A DNA stretch of 64,000 bases, from contig CAZYNT010000001.1 of NCBI GenBank assembly GCA_964648205.1, positions 47,765 through 111,764 on the forward strand, written 5' to 3'. The position numbers were made by a program, and so were the translations under genes. The notes under the pieces are model-generated. The model saw only the letters and a list, made by a program, of their open reading frames with translations. It did no database searches and was not told the DNA's origin. The DNA comes from an uncultured Gammaproteobacteria bacterium. Its GTDB lineage: Bacteria > Patescibacteriota > Patescibacteriia > Patescibacteriales > UBA12465. Of this stretch, positions 9,302 to 17,505 are shown one piece after another; position 1 is the first letter of the stretch; every line of letters begins with the position of its first letter.

Positions 9302-11350
9302 ATGCCTAAAGACCCAAAAAACCCCAACGCTTACGGCGCCGATCAAATTACAGTTTTAGAAGGATTGGAACCGGTTAGAAAAAGACCGGGCATGTACATC
9401 GGTTCAACTTCTGGAGCCGGCTTGCATCATTTGATTTGGGAAGTCGTTGATAATTCTATTGACGAAGCTATGGCCGGCTATGCTTCGGAAATTTCTGTTT
9501 CCCTGCTCCCCGATGGCATGGTTTCAGTAGTCGATAACGGCCGCGGCATCCCGGTCGAGAAGCATAAAGTAACCGGCGTTTCGGCTCTAGAAACAGTTTT
9601 AACCAAACTGCACGCCGGTGGCAAATTCGGCGACGGAGGCTATAAAGTTTCCGGCGGTCTGCACGGCGTCGGCGTTTCGGTCGTTAATGCTTTAAGCGAA
9701 TACCTCAAAGCCGAAGTCCATGTCGGCGGGAAAATTTGGGAGCAAGAATATAAAATCGGCAAACCGTTAAAAGCCGCCAAACCGGTCGACACTTGCAAAG
9801 ATACAGGCACGACCATTACTTTTAAGCCGGACAAAACCATATTTACTGAACTAGAATTTAGCTGGGGAAAAATTTTAGACCGCTTAAGGCAGCAATCGTA
9901 TCTGACCAAGGGCATTACGATCAGCGTCTTTGACAAGCGCGATGGCCATCGCGCCAAAAAATATAAATTCCACTTCGAGGGCGGCATTAAATCGTATATT
10001 AAATCCTTGCATCGCAATAAAGCTGTTAAAAACGACACTGTTTTTTATATCGATAAGGATACTAACGACTGCAAGATTGAACTGGCCCTGCAATATAACG
10101 ATGAATATAATGAAACCGTTTTAGCGTTCGCGAACAATATCCATAACCCGGAAGGCGGCACCCATGTCGCCGGCTTCCGTTCTGCCTTAACCAGAACTTT
10201 GAATAATTATGCTCGCGTTAAAAATCTTTTGAAAGATAAGGACGAAAATTTAACGGGCGAAGATGTCCGCGAAGGCTTAACCGCGATTATCAGCGTCAAG
10301 CTCCCTGATCCGCAATTTGAAGGCCAGACTAAAGGCAAACTCGGCAACGCCGAAATGAAAGGATATGTGGAAACTATCTTCGGCGAAACCTTTACGACTT
10401 TCTTGGAGGAACACCCGAAAGAAGCGGAGGCGATTATCGGTAAATGCGTTCTGTCTGCTCAAGCCCGTATGGCCGCCCGAACCGCGCGCGCCACTATTCT
10501 GCGCAAAAGCGCCCTGGAAGGCATGACGCTCCCGGGCAAGCTCGCGGACTGCTCAAGCCGCCACCCCGAAGAATGCGAATTATATATTGTAGAGGGCGAT
10601 TCGGCCGGCGGCAGCGCCAAACAAGGCCGCAACCGTAAATTCCAGGCCATCCTTCCTTTGCGCGGTAAAATTTTAAACGTCGAACGCGCCCGTCTCGACA
10701 AGATGCTCGCCAATAATGAAATTAAAAATTTGGTAATCGCGCTGGGCACCAATATTGATGATCAATTTGATATTGAAAAATTAAGATACCATCGCATTAT
10801 TATCATGACTGATGCGGATGTCGACGGCGCCCATATCAGAACTCTTCTCCTGACGCTCTTCTTCCGCCATTTTACCCCGCTGGTAACCGGCGGCTATATG
10901 TATATCGCGCAACCGCCGCTCTATCAATTGAAGAAAGGCTCGGTTGTCCGCTACGCCTACAGCGATGAAGAAAAAGAGAAAATAATTATTGAACTCGGAG
11001 GCGGCGTTGAAGAAGCGGTTGAGGTCGGCGAAGAAAATGATGAGGGTGAAAATATTGAAGTAGTCGAAGAGGAAAAAGAAGAAGGCAAAAAAGGCAAGAA
11101 GGGGAATGAAGATGAAAAAAAGAAACCGAACAAAATAACTATCCAGCGCTATAAAGGCTTGGGCGAAATGAACCCCGAACAACTTTGGGAAACGACCATG
11201 GACCCGGCCGGCCGCATAGTTAAACAAGTAACCATTGAAGACGCAGCGAAAGCCGACCAGATATTCGATATGTTGATGGGGGATAACGTTGCGCCGCGCA
11301 AGAATTTCATCCAGACCCATGCTAAAAAGGTACAAAATTTAGATATTTAA
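9302..11350 (+). CDS. gyrB: DNA gyrase subunit B
   Basis: GHKL ATPase motifs, Toprim EGDSAGG, and a C-terminal GLGEMNPEQLWETTMDP tail. Confidence 0.95.
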   Translation: MPKDPKNPNAYGADQITVLEGLEPVRKRPGMYIGSTSGAGLHHLIWEVVDNSIDEAMAGYASEISVSLLPDGMVSVVDNGRGIPVEKHKVTGVSALETVLTKLHAGGKFGDGGYKVSGGLHGVGVSVVNALSEYLKAEVHVGGKIWEQEYKIGKPLKAAKPVDTCKDTGTTITFKPDKTIFTELEFSWGKILDRLRQQSYLTKGITISVFDKRDGHRAKKYKFHFEGGIKSYIKSLHRNKAVKNDTVFYIDKDTNDCKIELALQYNDEYNETVLAFANNIHNPEGGTHVAGFRSALTRTLNNYARVKNLLKDKDENLTGEDVREGLTAIISVKLPDPQFEGQTKGKLGNAEMKGYVETIFGETFTTFLEEHPKEAEAIIGKCVLSAQARMAARTARATILRKSALEGMTLPGKLADCSSRHPEECELYIVEGDSAGGSAKQGRNRKFQAILPLRGKILNVERARLDKMLANNEIKNLVIALGTNIDDQFDIEKLRYHRIIIMTDADVDGAHIRTLLLTLFFRHFTPLVTGGYMYIAQPPLYQLKKGSVVRYAYSDEEKEKIIIELGGGVEEAVEVGEENDEGENIEVVEEEKEEGKKGKKGNEDEKKKPNKITIQRYKGLGEMNPEQLWETTMDPAGRIVKQVTIEDAAKADQIFDMLMGDNVAPRKNFIQTHAKKVQNLDI

Positions 11351-11354
11351 TTTT

Positions 11355-11786
11355 ATGTATATTTATATTTTAACGCCGATTGTCGCCTTTATTATCGCCC
11401 AAGGAGCCAAAGTTTTCCTGCGCTCCTTCCACCACAAAATTACCTGGCATGATGTTTTTGCTTATTCTGATATGCCGAGCGGGCATACGGCCGTAACTGT
11501 TTCCCTGGTTACTATCTTAGGGCTGAAGCTGGGCATTAGCTCTCCTGTTTTTGCGGCCGCTTTCGTCTTTACCGCGATTGTCATAACCGATGCGATTGGC
11601 CTGCGCAACTATCTCGGGCAGCACGGAAAAACTCTGAATGTACTGGTAAAAGATCTGAAAGAAGATGAATTCCTGGACAGATCTTATCCGAAACAATTGG
11701 AGCGTATCGGCCATACCCCGCTTCAAGTTATCGTCGGTGCTTTCGTCGGCATTATAACTAGTTTGATAAGTTTTCTTTTTTTCTAA
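11355..11786 (+). CDS. Divergent PAP2 family membrane protein (YuiD-like)
   Basis: 143 aa with the conserved MPSGHTA and RNYLGQHG motifs of the divergent PAP2 (DUF212) family. Confidence 0.75.
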   Translation: MYIYILTPIVAFIIAQGAKVFLRSFHHKITWHDVFAYSDMPSGHTAVTVSLVTILGLKLGISSPVFAAAFVFTAIVITDAIGLRNYLGQHGKTLNVLVKDLKEDEFLDRSYPKQLERIGHTPLQVIVGAFVGIITSLISFLFF

Positions 11787-11817
11787 AGAATTAATTTATA
11801 ACCCTCTGATATAAATA

Positions 11818-11846
11818 AGCCCCGTCTGCTGGCGGGGCTTTTTTCA
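11818..11846. terminator. Intrinsic terminator, probably bidirectional
   Basis: AGCCCCGTCTGCTGGCGGGGCT followed by TTTTTT on the plus strand, with an A/T-rich run on the other side. Confidence 0.6.
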
Positions 11847-12143
11847 CAAAAAGAGACTTTGACCGGTTAAGGGTAAGAATAAATCACAGATATTATCCGG
11901 CACATAACTTTTAAAGCCGCCACCAATTTTGGCACAAGCTTTTTTAAAGCTGAGAACCGATACTCCTAAGCTGTGAAATTTATATGGACCCCAACCCTTC
12001 TCTCTTAATTTTTGAATTACTTTTACCACCCCATCTTTGGTGGTGGCTTGTTCTAAGCTTAAATCAAGCTCCAGGTTTTTCACGATGAGCATCAGGATTT
12101 CCTTATCTCTGGCGCTCAAATTACTATTTTCTGGCACTGGCAT
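11844..12143 (-). CDS. Hypothetical small protein
   Basis: 99 aa ORF with no recognised motif. It lies between the terminator and the phosphoglycerate-mutase-like gene. Confidence 0.35.
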   Translation of the reverse strand: MPVPENSNLSARDKEILMLIVKNLELDLSLEQATTKDGVVKVIQKLREKGWGPYKFHSLGVSVLSFKKACAKIGGGFKSYVPDNICDLFLPLTGQSLFL

Positions 12144-12203
12144 TGGAACCTCCTTTTTTATTGTTTCTTTTATATTTTTTAACTATCAAATCTATCTTTT
12201 TTA

Positions 12204-13106
12204 CTATTTTTTGTCAATAAGAGAACTACCACTCATTTCTTCTGGTTTAGCTAGACCCATAATACTTAAGATGGTCGGGCTAACATCACTGAGACCACCC
12301 GCCGGAGCCAAGAGACTCAAATCATTATTTATGGGTTCCCGCAAACCGATTGTCTTGCCTTTATACTCTTCACCGACGATAATGAAGGGCACCGGATTAT
12401 CCGTTATATTTTTATCAACCAATTCCGTCGCCATGCTTTTTAAATATTCAGCGTTGCCGCAGGCCGAACTAATTATCAAAACTCCTCTTTCGCCTAAAAC
12501 TAGGCTGACAATTTTCCGCAAATGTTTGTCGATTGTCTCGACCACCTTTTTTACAGCCTTAAAGTCGCCGCTTGCGGCCACTAAATCAAGCGTCGGAATC
12601 GCCGCCACTAAAAAATTATATTTTTCCGATTCTAAAGCTTTTATTAATTCCCGGTTGATTCTGTTCAAAACGAGAACCGGTTTTATATTATGATCGCCGG
12701 ATTGCGAAGAAACTATTTTCCAATCTTCTCCTAATACTCTGGCTTCTTCATGCCCGTTAAAAAAATGGGTCAAAGCAGCCAAACGCTCCGTTTCGGTAAT
12801 TTTAATCTGCTTTATGTTATGGCTCGACAATATCTTGCTAAGCGTCAGATTGGGCACAAAATTTTCATCCGCTAAATCCTGGCCGGCACCTAAACTTAAA
12901 TAACGAGCATTAATTGTTTTATTGTGCGCTTCAATTAGAGCCACCGGATATTCTTTAACCAGGCTATCCAAACAAGGTGTTTTCGCGCTCGTCATGGCAT
13001 TGGCTTCGCTGAGCGGCGCCACGCCCCAGCCATCAAATAATAAAAAAACTACCGGCCTGGCCGCCAGAGGAATTTCCGAGTTTTCGGTAGAAATAATATT
13101 AGTCAT
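12204..13106 (-). CDS. Short 2,3-bisphosphoglycerate-independent phosphoglycerate mutase-like protein (alkaline-phosphatase superfamily)
   Basis: N-terminal VVFLLFDGWGV (iPGM LDGWG motif) and C-terminal SSACGNAEYL / PTILSIMGL (compare iPGM TADHGNAE ... PTVLDLLG). Last gene of the pgk-eno operon. Only 300 aa, with the DH replaced by AC. Confidence 0.5.
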   Translation of the reverse strand: MTNIISTENSEIPLAARPVVFLLFDGWGVAPLSEANAMTSAKTPCLDSLVKEYPVALIEAHNKTINARYLSLGAGQDLADENFVPNLTLSKILSSHNIKQIKITETERLAALTHFFNGHEEARVLGEDWKIVSSQSGDHNIKPVLVLNRINRELIKALESEKYNFLVAAIPTLDLVAASGDFKAVKKVVETIDKHLRKIVSLVLGERGVLIISSACGNAEYLKSMATELVDKNITDNPVPFIIVGEEYKGKTIGLREPINNDLSLLAPAGGLSDVSPTILSIMGLAKPEEMSGSSLIDKK

Positions 13107-14361
13107 TTTGTTTTATGAGGTCGGCGATTTCAAGCAAGCGATTGTATTTTGCCAGCCTCTCCCCTCTTGATAAGGAGCCGGCCTTAAGATAGTCCGCTCC
13201 GCTGGCGACGGCTAAATCAACAATGAAATCATCGACCGTTTCGCCGCTGCGATGCGATACGATTATCTTATAATTATGCTTCTGGGCTAATTTTACACAA
13301 TCTACCGTCTCCGTCAAGGTTCCGATCTGATTGGGCTTAATGATTATGGCGTTAGCCGCCTTTTCTTTCAGCCCCTGGCGCAAACGGTTAGAGTTCGTTG
13401 TAAATAAATCATCGCCGACAACCATGATTTTATCTCCCAATTCGGCCGTCAGCTCGCGCCAATTTTCCCAATCATCTTCAGCTAAGCCGTCTTCAATATA
13501 AAGGAAGGGGTATTTTTTTAACCACTCATTATACAAGCCTATCAAACTGTCCGAACTGAAATAAGCCTTATCAAGCGAAAATAAATATTTTTTAGTGTCC
13601 GCATCATATAGAACCGAAGAGCCGACATCAACCCCGAGCTTAAGGTCTTCGCCCGGCTTATAGCCGGCTCGAATGGTGGCGGCCAGTATCAATTCAATCG
13701 CTTCAATGCTGGAATCAAGGTCCGGCGCATAGCCGCCTTCCGCTCCAGTGTCGGTATCATAATCCGATTCTTTCAAAACTTTGCCTAATTCATGAAAAAC
13801 CTCTGCGCCCATTTGCACCATTTTAGCGGCGGCCATCGGCCGGGGGATTATTAAAAATTCCTGGAAGTCCAAATTAGTATCGGCGTGCTTGCCGCCATTA
13901 AAAATATTAAAAAGCGGCGTCGGTATTTTCGGACGGCCGGTGAAAGCAAAAGTGTCCTGCAAATAAGAAAATAATTCCTGCTTCCGGCTTAAAGCGGCCG
14001 CCCGGGCGCAAGCTAGAGAGACGGCGAGAGTCGCATTCGCCCCCAGATTATTTTTATTCGGCGTGCCGTCGAGAGCGATTAAAGCCTGATCAATTTCACT
14101 TTGTTTTAAAACATCAAAACCGATTAATTTCGGAGCGATAATTTCCCGGATTTTACCGACCGCCCGCAGAACTCCTAAGCCGCCATAGCGTTTTTTATCG
14201 CCATCGCGCAATTCAACCGCTTCATAGCTTCCGGTCGAAGCGCCGCTCGGCACGCTTGCCTTGGCGCTTAAATCGTTAGCCAGGATGACTTTCACTTCAA
14301 TCGTTGGATTGCCCCGTGAATCTAATATTTCACGGGCTAAAATATTTTTTATCTTTGGCAT
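13099..14361 (-). CDS. eno: Enolase
   Basis: SRGNPTIEV N-terminal motif, a SHRSGET-like metal site and a KxNQIGT-like region. Confidence 0.95.
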   Translation of the reverse strand: MPKIKNILAREILDSRGNPTIEVKVILANDLSAKASVPSGASTGSYEAVELRDGDKKRYGGLGVLRAVGKIREIIAPKLIGFDVLKQSEIDQALIALDGTPNKNNLGANATLAVSLACARAAALSRKQELFSYLQDTFAFTGRPKIPTPLFNIFNGGKHADTNLDFQEFLIIPRPMAAAKMVQMGAEVFHELGKVLKESDYDTDTGAEGGYAPDLDSSIEAIELILAATIRAGYKPGEDLKLGVDVGSSVLYDADTKKYLFSLDKAYFSSDSLIGLYNEWLKKYPFLYIEDGLAEDDWENWRELTAELGDKIMVVGDDLFTTNSNRLRQGLKEKAANAIIIKPNQIGTLTETVDCVKLAQKHNYKIIVSHRSGETVDDFIVDLAVASGADYLKAGSLSRGERLAKYNRLLEIADLIKQND

Positions 14362-14372
14362 ATCTTTAATAA

Positions 14373-15560
14373 TTATTTAGTAGCTATTTTAGCGAGCCCG
14401 GGCATCTTCCCGCCTCCTAAATAAGTCAGCATCGCCCCGCCCGCAGTTGAAACCCAATCAACATATTCGGCCATCTTCGTTAATTCCAAGGCCTCGATAG
14501 TTTCCCCGCCGCCCACGAGACCATAGGCCTTGCCGGAAGAGCGCGAAGCGATCAAGCGGGCGATAGAAAGAGTTCCCTGCCGAAAACCCTCTTCTTCAAA
14601 TTTGCCCATCGGTCCGTTCCAAACTAAGGTTTGCGCTTCTTTTATATAATGCGAGAAGAGTGAAATTGTTTCCGGGCCGATGTCTAAAATCATTTCATCT
14701 TTCTTTACTTCTTCCGGCCGGCGGAGTTGAGCCGAACCTGATTTCGTGCGGACAACCACATCGACCGGTAAAATTATTTTCGCAGCCTTCTTTTTGACTC
14801 GACACAACTTGCTAACGCAGACCAGGCTATCCGCATCAAACAAAGATTCGCCGATTTCTTTTTTTTGATACTTAAAAAAATTATTAGCCAAAGCGCCTCC
14901 CAAGAGAATATGGCTGGCCGAAGAATATAGTTTAGAAATAAGGGGCGCTTTAGTCGCGATCTTTGCTCCTCCCATAATTACAACCAGCGGCTTTTTGGGT
15001 TTAATAATTTTATTTAAAGCCGTGATTTCTTTGGCGAGCAATAAGCCGGCATAAGCGGGCAGATATTTTTTGATAGCGGAAACGGAAGCTTGATCGCGAT
15101 GGCAAACCGCGAAAGCGTCATTAATATAAATATCAGCCAAACCCGCCAATTCCCGGGCGAACTTATTATCATTAATTAATTCGCCGGCATTAAAACGCAG
15201 ATTTTCAATCATTAAAATTTCTCCGGCTTTTAAGCGGGAAATCGCTTTGGCGGTTTTCGGTCCTATGGTCTCGGCGCAGAATTTAACCGGTTTCTTTAAA
15301 AGCTTCTGCAAGCGCGCCGCTACCGGCTTAACTGAATAGGCAACTTCGGGCTTTCCCTTGGGCTCTCCTAAATGAGTAGCGACTATAAGCTTCACGCCTT
15401 TTTCTAAAAGATAATTAATTGTTTCGAGTCCGGACTTAATCTTATAATCTTCTTTGATCTTTCCTTTTTGAAGGGCGACATTAAAATCAACCCGTAAAAA
15501 AGCTACTTTATTTTTTAAATTTTTCACCTTTTCAATAGTAGCAATAGTAGCAATTTTCAT
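14373..15560 (-). CDS. pgk: Phosphoglycerate kinase
   Basis: RVDFNV N-terminal motif, the GGGA / GGG(D)S hinge region, and a typical length of 395 aa. Confidence 0.95.
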   Translation of the reverse strand: MKIATIATIEKVKNLKNKVAFLRVDFNVALQKGKIKEDYKIKSGLETINYLLEKGVKLIVATHLGEPKGKPEVAYSVKPVAARLQKLLKKPVKFCAETIGPKTAKAISRLKAGEILMIENLRFNAGELINDNKFARELAGLADIYINDAFAVCHRDQASVSAIKKYLPAYAGLLLAKEITALNKIIKPKKPLVVIMGGAKIATKAPLISKLYSSASHILLGGALANNFFKYQKKEIGESLFDADSLVCVSKLCRVKKKAAKIILPVDVVVRTKSGSAQLRRPEEVKKDEMILDIGPETISLFSHYIKEAQTLVWNGPMGKFEEEGFRQGTLSIARLIASRSSGKAYGLVGGGETIEALELTKMAEYVDWVSTAGGAMLTYLGGGKMPGLAKIATK

Positions 15561-15573
15561 AGTTTAAAAAGGG

Positions 15574-16722
15574 TTACTTTAACTCGCCCAATTTAAGGCC
15601 GACCTCCTTTTCCTGGCCGGCGCGAATATAGGTAATAGTAATCTTATCGCCGGCCTTATAGCCGGCAATTATATCCGCCAAATCGTTGGCGGCATTAATT
15701 TCCTGATTATCTATCCAGGTGATTATATCGCCCGGCAAAAGCCCAGCGGCCGCGGCCGGACTATTTTTAACGACCGCGACTTTATCGGCGTCGGGATAAA
15801 TCAAAGACCCTTTATAAATATTCATATCGGGGATGCGTTTAGCCGCCAAATCCAAATAATTAACCCCCAAGAAAGGGCGGGCGACCGGGATTTGCCGGCT
15901 GAAGCTCTGCCAATAGCCGCTATAAGAAAAGGCTGGAATTATTTCTTTATTAGTGCCGATAACCGCGGTTAAATCGCCGGCTAAATTAAAAACAAAAGAA
16001 TTTTTCTGAATCGCCTCCGAATTGTTGGCCAGGGCTAAGCGGGCGTTTGTTAGGTCGCTATTTAAAATCTCCGGCGTCTTTTTGAGCGAAGACAGAGTGG
16101 TCGGCCAGACATTATTATAATTATCAACCACTATCAGCGATTGACCCAGAGACAATTCGGCGCGGGCGGCAATCTTTCTGACCGGCAGATTCGCGGCGGC
16201 GTTCAAATGAAAAAAAACCACATCGCCGGAAGAATTATTCAAGACAGTCACCTTGTCAATCTTATAGATTTTTCTGTCAGAAGCAACGGCCACGTAGCCT
16301 TTAGCGGCAAAGACCTCTTTCATTTCGGCGGACAAAGATGACATTGCCCAGCCATCGCTTGTGATAATTAAACCGATGAATAAAGGATTATCCAAAGAAT
16401 AATACTCCGGCTTTATTGAGTTGCCGGCGGTTTTCTGATCAATTTCCTTAAAAACGCTGACTAGCGACGGAGCAAGAGAATTGATGGTTTCTGCCACCTT
16501 TAAATCCTGATTAACGACTACTTTTTTAGCGTCGCGGATGATTAAATTAGAACGATTATTATTTAAATCAGTTAAATTTAATTCTTGATTGGAAGAGGGG
16601 AAAGAAAAATCACCCAAAAAATAAACCCTGGTTATGATTTCCCCGCAGATGCCGGCGGCTAAGCCGCAAACGACCGTTAAGAAAACCATCAGAAAAAAAT
16701 TGTTTTTGATCTTATTAAACAT
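15574..16722 (-). CDS. Membrane-anchored PDZ-domain protein (HtrA-like but lacking a protease Ser motif)
   Basis: N-terminal TM helix and a C-terminal PDZ-like segment (ITWIDNQEINAANDLADIIAGYKAGDKITITYIR). No GNSGG catalytic motif was seen. Confidence 0.55.
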   Translation of the reverse strand: MFNKIKNNFFLMVFLTVVCGLAAGICGEIITRVYFLGDFSFPSSNQELNLTDLNNNRSNLIIRDAKKVVVNQDLKVAETINSLAPSLVSVFKEIDQKTAGNSIKPEYYSLDNPLFIGLIITSDGWAMSSLSAEMKEVFAAKGYVAVASDRKIYKIDKVTVLNNSSGDVVFFHLNAAANLPVRKIAARAELSLGQSLIVVDNYNNVWPTTLSSLKKTPEILNSDLTNARLALANNSEAIQKNSFVFNLAGDLTAVIGTNKEIIPAFSYSGYWQSFSRQIPVARPFLGVNYLDLAAKRIPDMNIYKGSLIYPDADKVAVVKNSPAAAAGLLPGDIITWIDNQEINAANDLADIIAGYKAGDKITITYIRAGQEKEVGLKLGELK

Positions 16723-16734
16723 AAAATAATTTAA

Positions 16735-17496
16735 TTAAAGCCAGCGGGCCGATAAAAGAATAAGAATAATGATTAAGGAGCCGATGACGAGCAGCCATTT
16801 TAAATTTTTATAATAAAGACGCCCGTCGGCGCGCCAATCATCAAACAAAACCAAGAGATAAAAAATGACCGCCAAAAGAAGCCCGAGAATATTATAATTG
16901 AGAGGTAGAAGGAAGAGAGCTCCGGCCGATTCGGCCAAGATCAAAACTTTTACTCCCCAAAAAATCTTCTGTTCCGCTCTAATATTTTTTTCCAATATCA
17001 AGAATTGGCCGAAGAGCCCGAAACTAATCAGGGCAAAAACCAAGAGTAGGATAGAAAAAGGCCAGCTCAAAAAAATAGGCAAAGCGTATAAAGACGAGGC
17101 GATGGCGAAAGTCGAGAGAAAGGAGCCGCTGGTAAGCAAACGGCGCAGCTTGATTGCGCGTTCCGGAGCGCCGAAAGAAAAATAATAATAAATATTTTGC
17201 AGATAAAAAAAGATGAACCAGGCATTTAAAAGAAAAATTACCTGGATCCAGAATTGGCTGACAATCATGGCGCTATAAAAAGAAAAGCTCAAATAAAATA
17301 AGCTGGGCGGCAGAACGAAAACCAGCCAAAATTTAAGACTTTGTTTTCTTATAAGCCGGCGGACGCCGAAAGTAATAATTAACAAGCCCAGACTCAAAGC
17401 GATAAAGAAAAAATCCGGTTTGAAGATAAAAATCTCGTCCAGAACCCAAAGCAAAAACGGAATCAAAATTAAATACAAATAATTATTTTTCATCAT
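16735..17496 (-). CDS. Hypothetical polytopic membrane protein
   Basis: 253 aa, strongly hydrophobic throughout with six or more predicted helices. Confidence 0.5.
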   Translation of the reverse strand: MMKNNYLYLILIPFLLWVLDEIFIFKPDFFFIALSLGLLIITFGVRRLIRKQSLKFWLVFVLPPSLFYLSFSFYSAMIVSQFWIQVIFLLNAWFIFFYLQNIYYYFSFGAPERAIKLRRLLTSGSFLSTFAIASSLYALPIFLSWPFSILLLVFALISFGLFGQFLILEKNIRAEQKIFWGVKVLILAESAGALFLLPLNYNILGLLLAVIFYLLVLFDDWRADGRLYYKNLKWLLVIGSLIIILILLSARWL

Positions 17497-17505
17497 AAGC
17501 CTAAA

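Noticed and set aside
12037-12693. 218-aa plus-strand ORF, and other long antisense ORFs inside large genes (9640-10038, 10781-11335, 26070-26561, 27075-27557, 40606-41082, 51948-52391)
   Set aside because: Each lies antisense to, or out of frame within, a gene with clear family motifs. Compositions are Ser/Leu/Arg-rich, typical of shadow ORFs.
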